Source of the DNA: Candidatus Limnocylindria bacterium
GTDB lineage: Bacteria; Chloroflexota; Limnocylindria; P2-11E
Reading direction: 5' to 3'
NCBI GenBank assembly: GCA_046262615.1
Contig: JBHEML010000001.1
Coordinates: 27,182-91,181 of the forward strand
DNA: 64,000 nt
This document shows positions 37,767 through 46,806 of this stretch, piece after piece; positions within the stretch are counted from its first letter, which is position 1, and each line of letters starts with the position of its first letter. The position numbers and the translations under genes were made by a program. Under the pieces are notes generated by a model. The model did no database searches. It was not told the DNA's origin and saw only the letters and a list, made by a program, of their open reading frames with translations.

Positions 37767-38309
37767 ATGTCCCCGGAGTCCTGCGGCATGCTAGACGCTC
37801 CGATATCCTCGGCCATCGTGGCGGATTTCAAGCCGGTGGAGGCGAACAAGGCGCGGATCCTGATGGTGAAGACCGCTCCTCCGGACACCAGGCGCGAGGA
37901 CGCCAACGCTGAGTGGATCGAGGTCCGGGTCGAGCTGAGCGCGGACGTAGCCAACTGGCGCGTGCAGCGGTTGCGTGCGCTGTGGAAGAACGACATCGCG
38001 AGGCCCGTCGAGTCGGAATGGCTTTACACGTGGGGCTCGCCGGCGTTCGTCCGCGCCGGCGAGGTCTTCCGCGTTCACTCGGGGTCGCGCATGCACGCGG
38101 CGCTCCACCCCCTCGCCGACGACCTGGCGCCCGGGCGGAAGCACGTGTACGTCGTGGGCCCCGAGGGGGCCGCGCGCCTTCACCTCGAGCGCGGGGACTA
38201 CGTGCGCCTAATCGACGCCTTCGGGACGGTGATCGACGAGGTCGTCGTGTGGCCCGCGGACCCGACGCCCGCACAGAAGGTACCGGCGGAGCGGGCCGCG
38301 CCGGGTTAG
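37767..38309 (+). CDS. Lamin-tail-domain-like hypothetical protein
   Basis: 180 aa. DANAEWIEVRV...WRV...FVRAGEVFRVHSG resembles the LTD pattern (NEfVEL..N..vdLsGW...l.pG..v.v.sG). The start could instead be ATG 37788. Confidence 0.4.
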   Translation: MSPESCGMLDAPISSAIVADFKPVEANKARILMVKTAPPDTRREDANAEWIEVRVELSADVANWRVQRLRALWKNDIARPVESEWLYTWGSPAFVRAGEVFRVHSGSRMHAALHPLADDLAPGRKHVYVVGPEGAARLHLERGDYVRLIDAFGTVIDEVVVWPADPTPAQKVPAERAAPG

Positions 38310-38463
38310 CCCGCGCCACGCAGGCCAGGCGCAGGAAAGGAGCGTCGCGGTGCCCGGGAGCGCGCTTCCCTCTCGGCGCGGCCACCGGGACGTACGCTCC
38401 GCGGCGATGCTGGCGCGGCCGATCAGCTCCCGACGAGTCAGGTGAGACCGCGGCCGATCGGGG

Positions 38464-39582
38464 TCAGACGGTGCCCGGCCGCAGCTCCCTGGTGTCGTCG
38501 GCGAGCCGGCGGATCTGGTCCTCGAGCACCGTGACCCCGATGCCCGGACCACGCGGGACAGCCATGGTGCCGTCCGGCGCCACGGTGAACGGCTCAGCGA
38601 CGATCTCGGTATCGAAGTAGCGCGCGGACGCGGACACGTCGCCGGGCAGCGTGAAGTTCGGGAGCGAGGACAGGTGCACGTTGTGCGCCCGCCCGATCCC
38701 CATCTCGAGCATCCCGCCGCACCACACCGGTGTGCCCGCTCGCGCGCACACATCGTGGACACGCTTCGCGTTGGTCAGCCCACCGACCCTTCCCGCCTTG
38801 ATGTTGATGATGCGCGTCGCGCCGAGCTGGATCGCCTTCCGCGCGTCGTCGCCCGAATGGATCGATTCGTCGAGGCAGATCGGGGTCGCGATCTCCCGCT
38901 GGAGCGCGGCGTGGTCGACGATGTCGTCGAACGCGAGCGGCTGCTCGATCATCATCGGCTTGAACTCGTCGATGTGCTTGAACAGCGGCGCGTCCGCCAG
39001 CGCGTATGCGGAGTTCGCGTCGAGCATGAACCGCAGCTCAGGGAACCGCTCGCGGATCGCGCGCGCGACGTCTCCATCCCACCCTGGCTTGATCTTCACC
39101 TTCACGCGCCGGTAGCCGCTCGCGAGCTCGCGCTCGATGACCTCGAGCAGCTCCGCGATCGAAGGTTGGATCCCGATGGCGACCCCGCACTCGATCCGCT
39201 CGCGCGTCCCGCCGAGGAGGCGGCCGAGCGCGACGCCGTCGCGCTTCGCGAAGAGATCCCAGACCGCCATCTCGATCGTCGCCTTCGCCATCCGGTGCTC
39301 CCGTACCCACGCCAGCTCGCGGTCGACGTCGTCGGGCCGTTCGAGGCGGGCGCGGAGGAGGTGCGGGAGCAGGATCCGCTCGAGCGCGTACCACACCGTC
39401 CATGGCGTCTCCGCGGAGTACCAGGGCTGCTCCGGCGCGACGCTCTCGCCCCATCCGACGGCACCCTCGCTCTCGACCCGGGCGATGACGCGGGTCTGGT
39501 GCGTCTCCCTCGACCCGCTGGTCTCGTACGCCCGTTTGAGCGGGAGCCGCAGGTGGAACAGCTCGACGCGCTCGATCCTCAC
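38464..39582 (-). CDS. Enolase-superfamily o-succinylbenzoate synthase / N-succinylamino acid racemase (OSBS/NSAR)
   Basis: 372 aa with the MR/MLE-type pattern (KVKIKPGWD, MLDANSAY, IEQPL, LDES, NIKAGRVGG). The GTG start overlaps the stop of the upstream GNAT gene (GTGA). Confidence 0.82.
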   Translation of the reverse strand: MRIERVELFHLRLPLKRAYETSGSRETHQTRVIARVESEGAVGWGESVAPEQPWYSAETPWTVWYALERILLPHLLRARLERPDDVDRELAWVREHRMAKATIEMAVWDLFAKRDGVALGRLLGGTRERIECGVAIGIQPSIAELLEVIERELASGYRRVKVKIKPGWDGDVARAIRERFPELRFMLDANSAYALADAPLFKHIDEFKPMMIEQPLAFDDIVDHAALQREIATPICLDESIHSGDDARKAIQLGATRIINIKAGRVGGLTNAKRVHDVCARAGTPVWCGGMLEMGIGRAHNVHLSSLPNFTLPGDVSASARYFDTEIVAEPFTVAPDGTMAVPRGPGIGVTVLEDQIRRLADDTRELRPGTV

Positions 39583-40463
39583 GGCAGGCTCAGCTCGTCG
39601 GCTTCAGCGGCGCTCGCGTGCCCGGGCGCGACCTCCGCGGCCTCGCGCCGCGGCTGCGGCACGAGCAGGTACGCCCCCCGGCCGTCGGCCGCGCGGAGGA
39701 ACTCGACCGCGGCGTAGCCGCCCGCGAACGCCGACTCGAACGCGGAGCGCGTCGCCCGGCGCCAGGCGAGAGCGAGCTCTGGATCCCGCGCCTTGAGCGC
39801 CTGGAAGTCGCGCGGGATCTCCATCAGCAGGTGCGACTCGGCTCCCGAGGCGGGGCCCTCGGCGGGCCGTCCCTCATCCGCGCGCAGCACGTAGCCGATC
39901 TCCTCACGCTCGGCGTCCTCGAGCGACGCCGGGGCGTCCTCTCCGCGCAGCCGGCGATAGGTCCGCTCCGCGCCGATCGGCCACTCGACGTAGAGCCGGT
40001 CCGACGGCAGTCCCGCGTTGAGTCTGTCCGGCATCGCGCCGTAGAAGTCGCGGTGGTACTCGCGTGCGTATGTCCCGAGCTTCGCGAAGTTGAAACGCGC
40101 GTTCAGCGCCTCGAGCGGGTCCATCGTCCAGGCCATCACCTCGATCCCCTGATCCAGGCAGTGGTCGCGCTGCGCCTCCTTTAGCGCGACGGCGAGCCCC
40201 GAGCCGCGATGAGGGGCGCGGATGGCCAGCATGTGCGAGTGATGCCGGAAGTGGTAGTCGTAGATCCCAAGAAGCCCGAAGACGAATCCAGCCGGCGCCG
40301 GGTCGCCGTCCATGTGGCCGGTGGCGACGAAGCCGCCGTTGTGGATCACCGCGAGCAGGAGTTGTGGAGGCACGACGACGTCACCGCCCCAGACCTCCTC
40401 CTGGATCGGTACGGTGCTCGCACACGCGGCGATGTCGCGGGCGACCTCGACGCGGATACCCAT
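39579..40463 (-). CDS. GNAT-superfamily acyltransferase (COG3375-like), partner of NSAR
   Basis: 294 aa. HSHMLAIRAPHRGSGLAVALKEAQRDHCL is a GNAT core-like segment. Translationally coupled to the NSAR gene. Confidence 0.6.
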   Translation of the reverse strand: MGIRVEVARDIAACASTVPIQEEVWGGDVVVPPQLLLAVIHNGGFVATGHMDGDPAPAGFVFGLLGIYDYHFRHHSHMLAIRAPHRGSGLAVALKEAQRDHCLDQGIEVMAWTMDPLEALNARFNFAKLGTYAREYHRDFYGAMPDRLNAGLPSDRLYVEWPIGAERTYRRLRGEDAPASLEDAEREEIGYVLRADEGRPAEGPASGAESHLLMEIPRDFQALKARDPELALAWRRATRSAFESAFAGGYAAVEFLRAADGRGAYLLVPQPRREAAEVAPGHASAAEADELSLP

Positions 40464-40526
40464 GAGTCCGACAGCGTATCGGCTCGCCTTTGCCCGGCGC
40501 GGCGGGTACCGCTAGCATCCCGCCCG

Positions 40527-40973
40527 ATGGCCGATCCGAACATCGAGTTCCTCCGGCGCGTCCGGCTCTTCGAGAAGGTGGACGACCGCTCGCTGCGGGC
40601 GATCTCCAACGCCGCGGTGGAGCAGACCTACGACGCTGGCCACGACATCCTGCGCGAGGGCGACACCGGGGTGGGCGCGTTCATCATCCGGTCGGGAAAG
40701 GTCGACGTCATCCGCGACAACAACGGCCATCCCGAGAAGATCCACGAGATGGGTCCAGGCGAGGTCTTCGGCGAGATGGCGCTGCTCGACGAGTTCCCGC
40801 GTTCGGTCACCATCCGCGCCGTCGAACCGACCACCTGTCTCGGCATCATGCGCTGGCACTTCCGCGGGATCCTCGACAGCCACCCGAGGATCGCGCTGGC
40901 GCTCCTCCCCGTCCTCACCAAGCGCCTGCGCGAAGCCGAGGCCCACACGCACGAGGCGCTCGCGACCCACTAG
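40527..40973 (+). CDS. Stand-alone cyclic-nucleotide-binding domain protein
   Basis: 148 aa from the ATG at codon 107 of track ORF 40209..40973. CAP-effector pattern (LFEKVDDRSL...GDTGVGAFIIRSGKV...GPGEVFGEMALLD..PRSVTIRA). No HTH follows. TAGCAT lies 8 nt upstream of the ATG. Confidence 0.8.
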   Translation: MADPNIEFLRRVRLFEKVDDRSLRAISNAAVEQTYDAGHDILREGDTGVGAFIIRSGKVDVIRDNNGHPEKIHEMGPGEVFGEMALLDEFPRSVTIRAVEPTTCLGIMRWHFRGILDSHPRIALALLPVLTKRLREAEAHTHEALATH

Positions 40974-40998
40974 CGGAGGCACCCACGATCGTTCGCGC

Positions 40999-41907
40999 AT
41001 GCACGGCCGTCGCTTGACGCGACTGGTCGAGTGCGTACCCAACGTCAGCGAGGGGCGGAACGCCGTCGTCATCGACCGCCTCGCCTCAGCGATCTCCGCC
41101 CTGCCCGGAGTGCGGCTCCTCGACCGCACGAGCGATGTCGACCACAACCGCTCGGTCTTCACCTTCGCGGGAGACCTCGGCGAGGTCGAAGCGGCGGCGC
41201 ACGCCCTCATCGACGCGGCGATCCGCGAGATCGACATGCGCGGCCACGCAGGGGCGCACCCTCGCCTGGGAGCGGTCGACGTCGTGCCCTTCGTCCCGCT
41301 CGCCGGCGCGACGATGCAGGACTGCGTGGAGCTCGCGCACCGCGTGGGCGAGTCGATCGCGCTCCGGCACGGGATCCCCGTCTACTTCTACGCCAGGGCG
41401 GCTCGGCGTCCGGAGCGCGTCCGGCTGCCCGACATCCGGAAGCCGCAATACGAGGGTCTCGCGGCCCTCATGGCGACGACGCACGCGCCCGACGCCGGCC
41501 CGGCCAGGCTCCACCCGACCGCGGGAGCGATCGTCGTCGGCGCCCGGCCGCCGCTCATCGCGTTCAACATCGAGCTCGACACGGCCGAGGTCGCGGTCGC
41601 GAAACGGATCGCCAGGCAGATCCGCGAATCCTCCGGCGGCCTGCCCGCGGTGCAGGCGCTCGGGCTCGAGCTCACCGATCCCCCGCGCGCCCAGGTCTCG
41701 ATGAACCTCCTCGACCACACCGTGACCTCGCTCGCGACGGTTTGGCGGGAGGTCGAGACCATGGCGAACGCCGCCGGTGTCGCGGTGCTTCGGGGCGAGC
41801 TCATCGGCCTCCTGCCGCTCGACGCCGCGCTCGACGTCACGGCGCGCGCGTTGCGGTTAGAGGGCTTCGCGCGCGACCGCATCATCGAGACGCGGCTCCT
41901 GGAGTGA
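40999..41907 (+). CDS. Glutamate formimidoyltransferase
   Basis: 302 aa. LVECVPNVSEGRN at the N-terminus is the formiminotransferase signature. The stop overlaps the hutI GTG. Confidence 0.85.
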   Translation: MHGRRLTRLVECVPNVSEGRNAVVIDRLASAISALPGVRLLDRTSDVDHNRSVFTFAGDLGEVEAAAHALIDAAIREIDMRGHAGAHPRLGAVDVVPFVPLAGATMQDCVELAHRVGESIALRHGIPVYFYARAARRPERVRLPDIRKPQYEGLAALMATTHAPDAGPARLHPTAGAIVVGARPPLIAFNIELDTAEVAVAKRIARQIRESSGGLPAVQALGLELTDPPRAQVSMNLLDHTVTSLATVWREVETMANAAGVAVLRGELIGLLPLDAALDVTARALRLEGFARDRIIETRLLE

Positions 41908-43172
41908 CTGCGGCCGACCTCCTCGTGCGCGGCGCGCGCCTGCTCACCTGCGCGCCGCTCCGGGCCGAGCGCCCGCGGACCGGACCGGCCGCCGGCGACG
42001 TGGGCGCGGTCGACGACGGGTGGGTCGCCGCGCGCGGGGATGAGATCGTGGCGACCGGCCACGGCGGCAGCTGGGAGAGGGTGGAACTCGGTCCAGGCAC
42101 GGTCGAGCGCCAGGCCGGAGGCCGCGTCGTGATGCCGGGCTTCGTCGATCCGCACACGCACCTCTGTTACGCCGGAGACCGCTGGGACGAATTCGTCGCC
42201 CGCCGCAGCGGCACCGATTACCTCGCCATGCTCGAGGCCGGCGGTGGCATTCACTCGACCGTCCGCGCCACGAGCGACGCCGACGACGCGACGCTCATGG
42301 CGCTGATGCGTCGCCGGCTGCGCGATGTGGTGGCGCTCGGGACAACGACGATCGAGGTGAAAAGCGGGTACGGACTGCACGCCGCAGAGGAGCTTCGCCA
42401 GCTCCGGCTGATCGCGCGGCTGCGGAGCGAATCGGCGATCGACGTCGCGGTGACGTTCCTCGCCGCCCACGCGCTGCCCGCGAGCCGCACCGGCGACCGC
42501 ACCGGCTACCTTCGCGACGCCGAGGAGGCGCTCGACACGGTCGCCCGCGAGCGGCTGGCGGAGGCGGTCGACGCGTTCGTCGACGAGGCGCTGTTCTCGA
42601 CCGAGGAGGTGCGGCCGCTCGCCGCAGCGGCGAAGAAGGCGCGGCTCGCGCTGACGCTGCACGCGGACCAGTTCGGCGACACCGGGGCGGCCGCATTCGC
42701 CGCGCGCCAGGGAGCCCGTTCGGCCGACCACCTCGCACACGTCTCGGCCGATGGGCTGCACGCCCTCGCGCGCGCGGGGCGCACCGTCGCGGTGCTTCTG
42801 CCCGGCAGCGCGTTCTTCACTCACTACGATCCACCCGACGGCCGCCGGTTCATCGGCGCGCGGGTGCCGGTCGCGCTCGGTACGGACCACAACCCTGGCA
42901 CCTCGCCCGTGGTCGGGATGCCCGCCGCGATCGTGCTGGGCGTGAACCTCTGCGGCCTGACCCCGCACGAGGCGATCGTCGCGGCGACCATCAATGCGGC
43001 GCATGCGCTCGGCCGCGGGACGCGGACGGGCGCGATCGTCGAGGGCCGGCGCGCGGACCTCGTGATGCTCGAGACCGACGACGAGCGCGACCTCGCGTAC
43101 GAGCTCGGCGCGCCGCTGGTACGCGAGGTCTATGCGGCGGGAAAGCGCGTCGCCGCCGTTCCCGAGCGCTGA
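41904..43172 (+). CDS. hutI: Imidazolonepropionase
   Basis: GTG 41904 in the frame of track ORF 41031..43172 gives 422 aa. Motifs PGFVDPHTHLCYAGDR, GGGIHSTV, HADQF and GTDHNPGT. Confidence 0.88.
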   Translation: MTAADLLVRGARLLTCAPLRAERPRTGPAAGDVGAVDDGWVAARGDEIVATGHGGSWERVELGPGTVERQAGGRVVMPGFVDPHTHLCYAGDRWDEFVARRSGTDYLAMLEAGGGIHSTVRATSDADDATLMALMRRRLRDVVALGTTTIEVKSGYGLHAAEELRQLRLIARLRSESAIDVAVTFLAAHALPASRTGDRTGYLRDAEEALDTVARERLAEAVDAFVDEALFSTEEVRPLAAAAKKARLALTLHADQFGDTGAAAFAARQGARSADHLAHVSADGLHALARAGRTVAVLLPGSAFFTHYDPPDGRRFIGARVPVALGTDHNPGTSPVVGMPAAIVLGVNLCGLTPHEAIVAATINAAHALGRGTRTGAIVEGRRADLVMLETDDERDLAYELGAPLVREVYAAGKRVAAVPER

Positions 43173-43217
43173 GGCGGCCGGCGCGGCGGACAGGCTCGGC
43201 CTGCGCCCGCCCTGGGG

Positions 43218-43745
43218 TCAGTCCACCGCGGTGGCCTCGCCTGTGGTCGCGTGCGCAGACTCGCGAAGGCGGCCTGTCTCGAGCTCGTAGATGAAACCGG
43301 TGACAGGGATGCCACGCGGGAGGAACGGCGAGGCAGCCAGCGTCGCCACCTGCGCCGTCAGGTTCTCCTCGAGGTCGCGGAATGGGGAGAGCCGCAGCTC
43401 GCTCGTGTCCGCGCCGGTCTTCTCGGCGACCAGCCTACGGACCGGCTCCTCTTCGAAGGTGAGCATCCCGCAGCCGGTGTGTTCGATGATCGCGAACTCG
43501 TTCGTACCGAGCAGGTGCGCCGAGATCACAAAGCTGCGGATGGCATCCTCCGTCACCAGGCCGCCGGCGTTCCTGATGATGTGCGCGTCGCCCGTGGCAA
43601 GACCGGCGGCATCCTCGACCGTGATCCGTGCGTCCATGCATGCGAGGATGGCCCAGCCGCGCGCCGGCGGCGGGGCGAGGCCGCTGCGGTCGAAGAAGCC
43701 GCGGTAGCGGTCGTTGTGCGCGCGAATGTGGTCGACCAGGCTCAT
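43218..43745 (-). CDS. Beta-class carbonic anhydrase
   Basis: 175 aa from the internal ATG of track ORF 43218..43883. Zinc ligand motifs ACMDAR and HTGCGM. Confidence 0.85.
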   Translation of the reverse strand: MSLVDHIRAHNDRYRGFFDRSGLAPPPARGWAILACMDARITVEDAAGLATGDAHIIRNAGGLVTEDAIRSFVISAHLLGTNEFAIIEHTGCGMLTFEEEPVRRLVAEKTGADTSELRLSPFRDLEENLTAQVATLAASPFLPRGIPVTGFIYELETGRLRESAHATTGEATAVD

Positions 43746-43897
43746 TGGCCATCTCCCATGTCCGGTGTGCCCGACGCGAATCGTCGCGTCGGTCAGGGCG
43801 GTCGCCGGGGCGAGCCGCGTGCCTGCCCTCGCGTGGATATCGTCATGCCGAGACCCGTGAACGACAAGGGCGACCAGGACCACGTAAAGATGGCCGT

Positions 43898-45298
43898 ATG
43901 GTCCGGCCGATCGATGAAGTGGTCGCGGGGCCGCAGGACACCGACGGAGCAGCGCTGATGGACATCCCCCCGACGCGGTACGCGAAGAGCGGCGGCCTGT
44001 ACATCGGCTACCAGGCGTTCGGGCACGGTCCGCCCGATGTCGCCATCTTCGACCAGTGGTACAGCAACGTCGACCTTCAGTGGCAGCTGAAGCCGCTCGC
44101 GCGGTTCATCGAGCGCACCGCCTCCTTCAGCAGGCTGATCACGCTGGACAAGCGGGGCACGGGGATCTCCGACCCCGTGTCCCTGCGTGACCTGCCGACC
44201 CTCGAGGAGTGGATGGATGACATTCGCGCGGTCTTCGACGCCGTTGGCTGCGACCGGGTCGCGCTTCTCTCCGGGGCGGGTTCGTCGTACACCGCCCTGC
44301 TATTCGCCGCGACGTATCCCGAGCGGACGTCGGCATTGATCCTCATCGACGGCTATGCCCGGGTGACGCGGACCGACGATTATCCGATCGGCCGCACGCT
44401 CGAGGAGAGCGTCGCGCAGATCGAGAGTCTTCGCGAATCGTGGGGCACGGGCGTCCTGCTCGACGTCATGGCGCCGGCGGTCGCTCGAGATCCCGAGATC
44501 AGGCGCAGCTACGCGCTGTACGAGCGGCAGTCCGCCAGCCCGAGCACCGCGGCGGCCATGCTGCGGGTCCTCTACGAGAGCGACGTCCGGCACATCCTGC
44601 CGGCGATCCGGGTCCCCACGCTGGTGCTGACGCACGCCGATGCCTCCCGGATCGAGCCCGCGCACGGACGCTACGTCGCGCAGCACATCGCCGGAGCGCG
44701 GTACGTCGAGCTGCCCGGCACCAGCAACTTCGCGTGGGCCGGCGACCAGGAGGCGGTCATCGCCGAGGTGCAGGAGTTCCTCACCGGTGTCCGCCCGGCA
44801 CCACCGGAGGACCGCGTGCTGGCGACGGTGCTCTTCACCGACATCGTCGGCTCGACCGAGCGCGCGGCCCAGCTGGGCGACCGGCGCTGGCGCGAGCTCG
44901 TCCAGGCGCACGAGGCGGTCGTCCGCGTCCAGCTCGAGCGCCACCGCGGGCGCGAGATCCGGACCGAGGGCGACGGCTTCCTCGCGACCTTCGACGGTCC
45001 CGCGCGCGCGGTGCGCTGCGCCCTCGCCGCGCGCGAGGCGCTGCGCCCCCTCGGGATCGAGATCCGAGCGGGGCTGCACACCGGAGAGATCGAGCTCATG
45101 GGTCCGAAGGACATCGGCGGGATCGCGGTCCACATCGGCGCGCGCGTCGCCGCTCTCGCCCAAGTCGGCGAGGTCCTCGTCTCGAGCACCGTCAAGGACC
45201 TGGTCGTCGGCTCGGGGATCGCCTTCGAGGACCGTGGCGCGCACGCGCTGAAGGGTGTGCCGGGCACCTGGCAGCTCTATGCCGCGGCGGGAGGCTGA
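43898..45298 (+). CDS. Alpha/beta-hydrolase domain fused to class III adenylate/guanylate cyclase (LipJ-like architecture)
   Basis: ATG at codon 91 of track ORF 43628..45298 (an alternative is ATG 43958). The N-half is an alpha/beta hydrolase fold. The C-half has FTDIVGSTERAA...GDGFLATFDGP...RAGLHTGE cyclase motifs. Confidence 0.82.
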   Translation: MVRPIDEVVAGPQDTDGAALMDIPPTRYAKSGGLYIGYQAFGHGPPDVAIFDQWYSNVDLQWQLKPLARFIERTASFSRLITLDKRGTGISDPVSLRDLPTLEEWMDDIRAVFDAVGCDRVALLSGAGSSYTALLFAATYPERTSALILIDGYARVTRTDDYPIGRTLEESVAQIESLRESWGTGVLLDVMAPAVARDPEIRRSYALYERQSASPSTAAAMLRVLYESDVRHILPAIRVPTLVLTHADASRIEPAHGRYVAQHIAGARYVELPGTSNFAWAGDQEAVIAEVQEFLTGVRPAPPEDRVLATVLFTDIVGSTERAAQLGDRRWRELVQAHEAVVRVQLERHRGREIRTEGDGFLATFDGPARAVRCALAAREALRPLGIEIRAGLHTGEIELMGPKDIGGIAVHIGARVAALAQVGEVLVSSTVKDLVVGSGIAFEDRGAHALKGVPGTWQLYAAAGG

Positions 45299-45405
45299 GG
45301 GCCGGCCGGCAGCGCGATGGGGACACACGACCCGGCACCGATCGCGATGCAGAGCGCCGCAGGGCAGGTGCGAGCGTAGGATTCGCGTACGGCGTGCACG
45401 GCCTA

Positions 45406-45954
45406 ATGAAGGGGGCGCGACCGGCATTGGCAAGCGAACCACGCATCGGCATCTACCCGGGCTCGTTCGATCCGCCCACGAACGGTCACGTCGACATCGT
45501 CCAGCGCGCTGTACAGCTGTTCGACAAGGTGGTCGTCGGCGTCGGCGTGAACCTGTCGAAGAAGACCGTGTTCAGCTCGGGCGAGCGGATCGAGCTCATG
45601 CGCGAGGCCTGCGCGGACCTCCCGAACGTCGAGGTGCGCGGGTTCGACGGACTCCAGGTCGAGTTCGCTCGCGACTGCGGCGCGCGCTTTGTGATCCGGG
45701 GGATCCGCGCGCTGTCGGACTTCGAGTTCGAGTTCGAGATGGCCAACATGAATCACCGCCTTGCGCCGGAGATCGAGATGGTCTTCCTCATGACGGCGCC
45801 GGAATACCTGTTCCTCTCGGCATCGCGCGTGAAGGAGCTTGTCGCATTCGGCGCCCCGGTCGACACGCTCGTCCCCGCGAACGTCGCGCGGCGCCTGACC
45901 GCGCACGCCGAGAAGGGCAAGCTGCGCACTGGTGCGACCGAGCCGAGCGACTGA
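45406..45954 (+). CDS. coaD: Phosphopantetheine adenylyltransferase
   Basis: 182 aa. YPGSFDPPTNGHVDI (the T/HxGH motif), RGIRALSDFEFEFEMANMN and ISSSRVKE-like SASRVKE. Confidence 0.9.
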   Translation: MKGARPALASEPRIGIYPGSFDPPTNGHVDIVQRAVQLFDKVVVGVGVNLSKKTVFSSGERIELMREACADLPNVEVRGFDGLQVEFARDCGARFVIRGIRALSDFEFEFEMANMNHRLAPEIEMVFLMTAPEYLFLSASRVKELVAFGAPVDTLVPANVARRLTAHAEKGKLRTGATEPSD

Positions 45955-46724
45955 TGTCCCTGCTCCTCGCGATCGACGTGGGTAACACCAACGTCGTGCT
46001 CGGCGCGTATCGAGGCAGCGAGCTCATCGCGACGTGGCGGACTTCGACGGTGCACGACCGGACCGAGGACGAGCTTGCGGTCACGATCGACGCCCTGCTC
46101 GCGAACGAGGACCTCGCGCTCGAGGACATGGAGATGGTCCTCGGCAGCGTCGTGCCGCCGCTGACCGTCGCGTTCCGGAGACTCGCAGAGAGGTACCTCG
46201 AGCACGAGCCGCTCGTGATCGGTCCGGGCGTGAAGACCGGCGTCCGGCTGCGCGTCGACAATCCCGCGGAGGTGGGCGCGGACCGCATCGCGAACACCCT
46301 CGCGACGCACCGCCGCTACGGCGGTCCGGCGATCGTCGCGGACTTCGGGACCTCCACCAACTTCGACGTCGTGAGCGCCGAGGGGGACTTTCTCGGCGGC
46401 GCCTTCGCTCCCGGCCTCGAGGTCTCGGCCGACGCGCTGTTCGGACGCGCCTCGCGCCTCTTCAGCGTCGGCCTGACCGCGCCGAAGGACGCGATCGGGA
46501 AGAACACCGCGGATTGCCTGCGCAGCGGGCTCGTGTACGGCTACGTCGGCCTCGTCGAAGGGCTTGTCCAGCGGCTCGCCGCCGAGCTCGCCCCCGCGAC
46601 GCCGCGCGTCATCGGCACCGGCGGTCTCGCGTCGACGATCGCGCCTCTCACCGCGTGCATCGAGCGCGTCGACGACGACATCACCCTCGACGGCCTGCGT
46701 CTGCTGTGGGAGCTGAACACCTGA
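45954..46724 (+). CDS. coaX: Type III pantothenate kinase
   Basis: 256 aa. LLAIDVGNTN, VDNPAEVGADRIAN and ADFGTSTNFD. The ATG shares one base with the coaD TGA (TGATG). Confidence 0.9.
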   Translation: MSLLLAIDVGNTNVVLGAYRGSELIATWRTSTVHDRTEDELAVTIDALLANEDLALEDMEMVLGSVVPPLTVAFRRLAERYLEHEPLVIGPGVKTGVRLRVDNPAEVGADRIANTLATHRRYGGPAIVADFGTSTNFDVVSAEGDFLGGAFAPGLEVSADALFGRASRLFSVGLTAPKDAIGKNTADCLRSGLVYGYVGLVEGLVQRLAAELAPATPRVIGTGGLASTIAPLTACIERVDDDITLDGLRLLWELNT

Positions 46725-46806
46725 GCGTGCGCGTGAGACGCGCGCGCGATCGCCACGATCCACCGGCTCGCCGCCGTCGAAGGGGCAACGTCCGCGGAGT
46801 TCGCCC

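Noticed and set aside
37750-37787. A second ultra-short divergent leaderless promoter pair between the aquaporin gene (start 37749) and the LTD-like gene (start 37767 or 37788).
   Set aside because: No TANNNT boxes are convincingly positioned on either strand, and the LTD-like gene start is itself uncertain.
40999-43172. A complete histidine utilisation (hut) operon.
   Set aside because: Only hutI and a glutamate formimidoyltransferase are present. hutH, hutU and hutG/hutF are not in the window, so I report only the two-gene pair.
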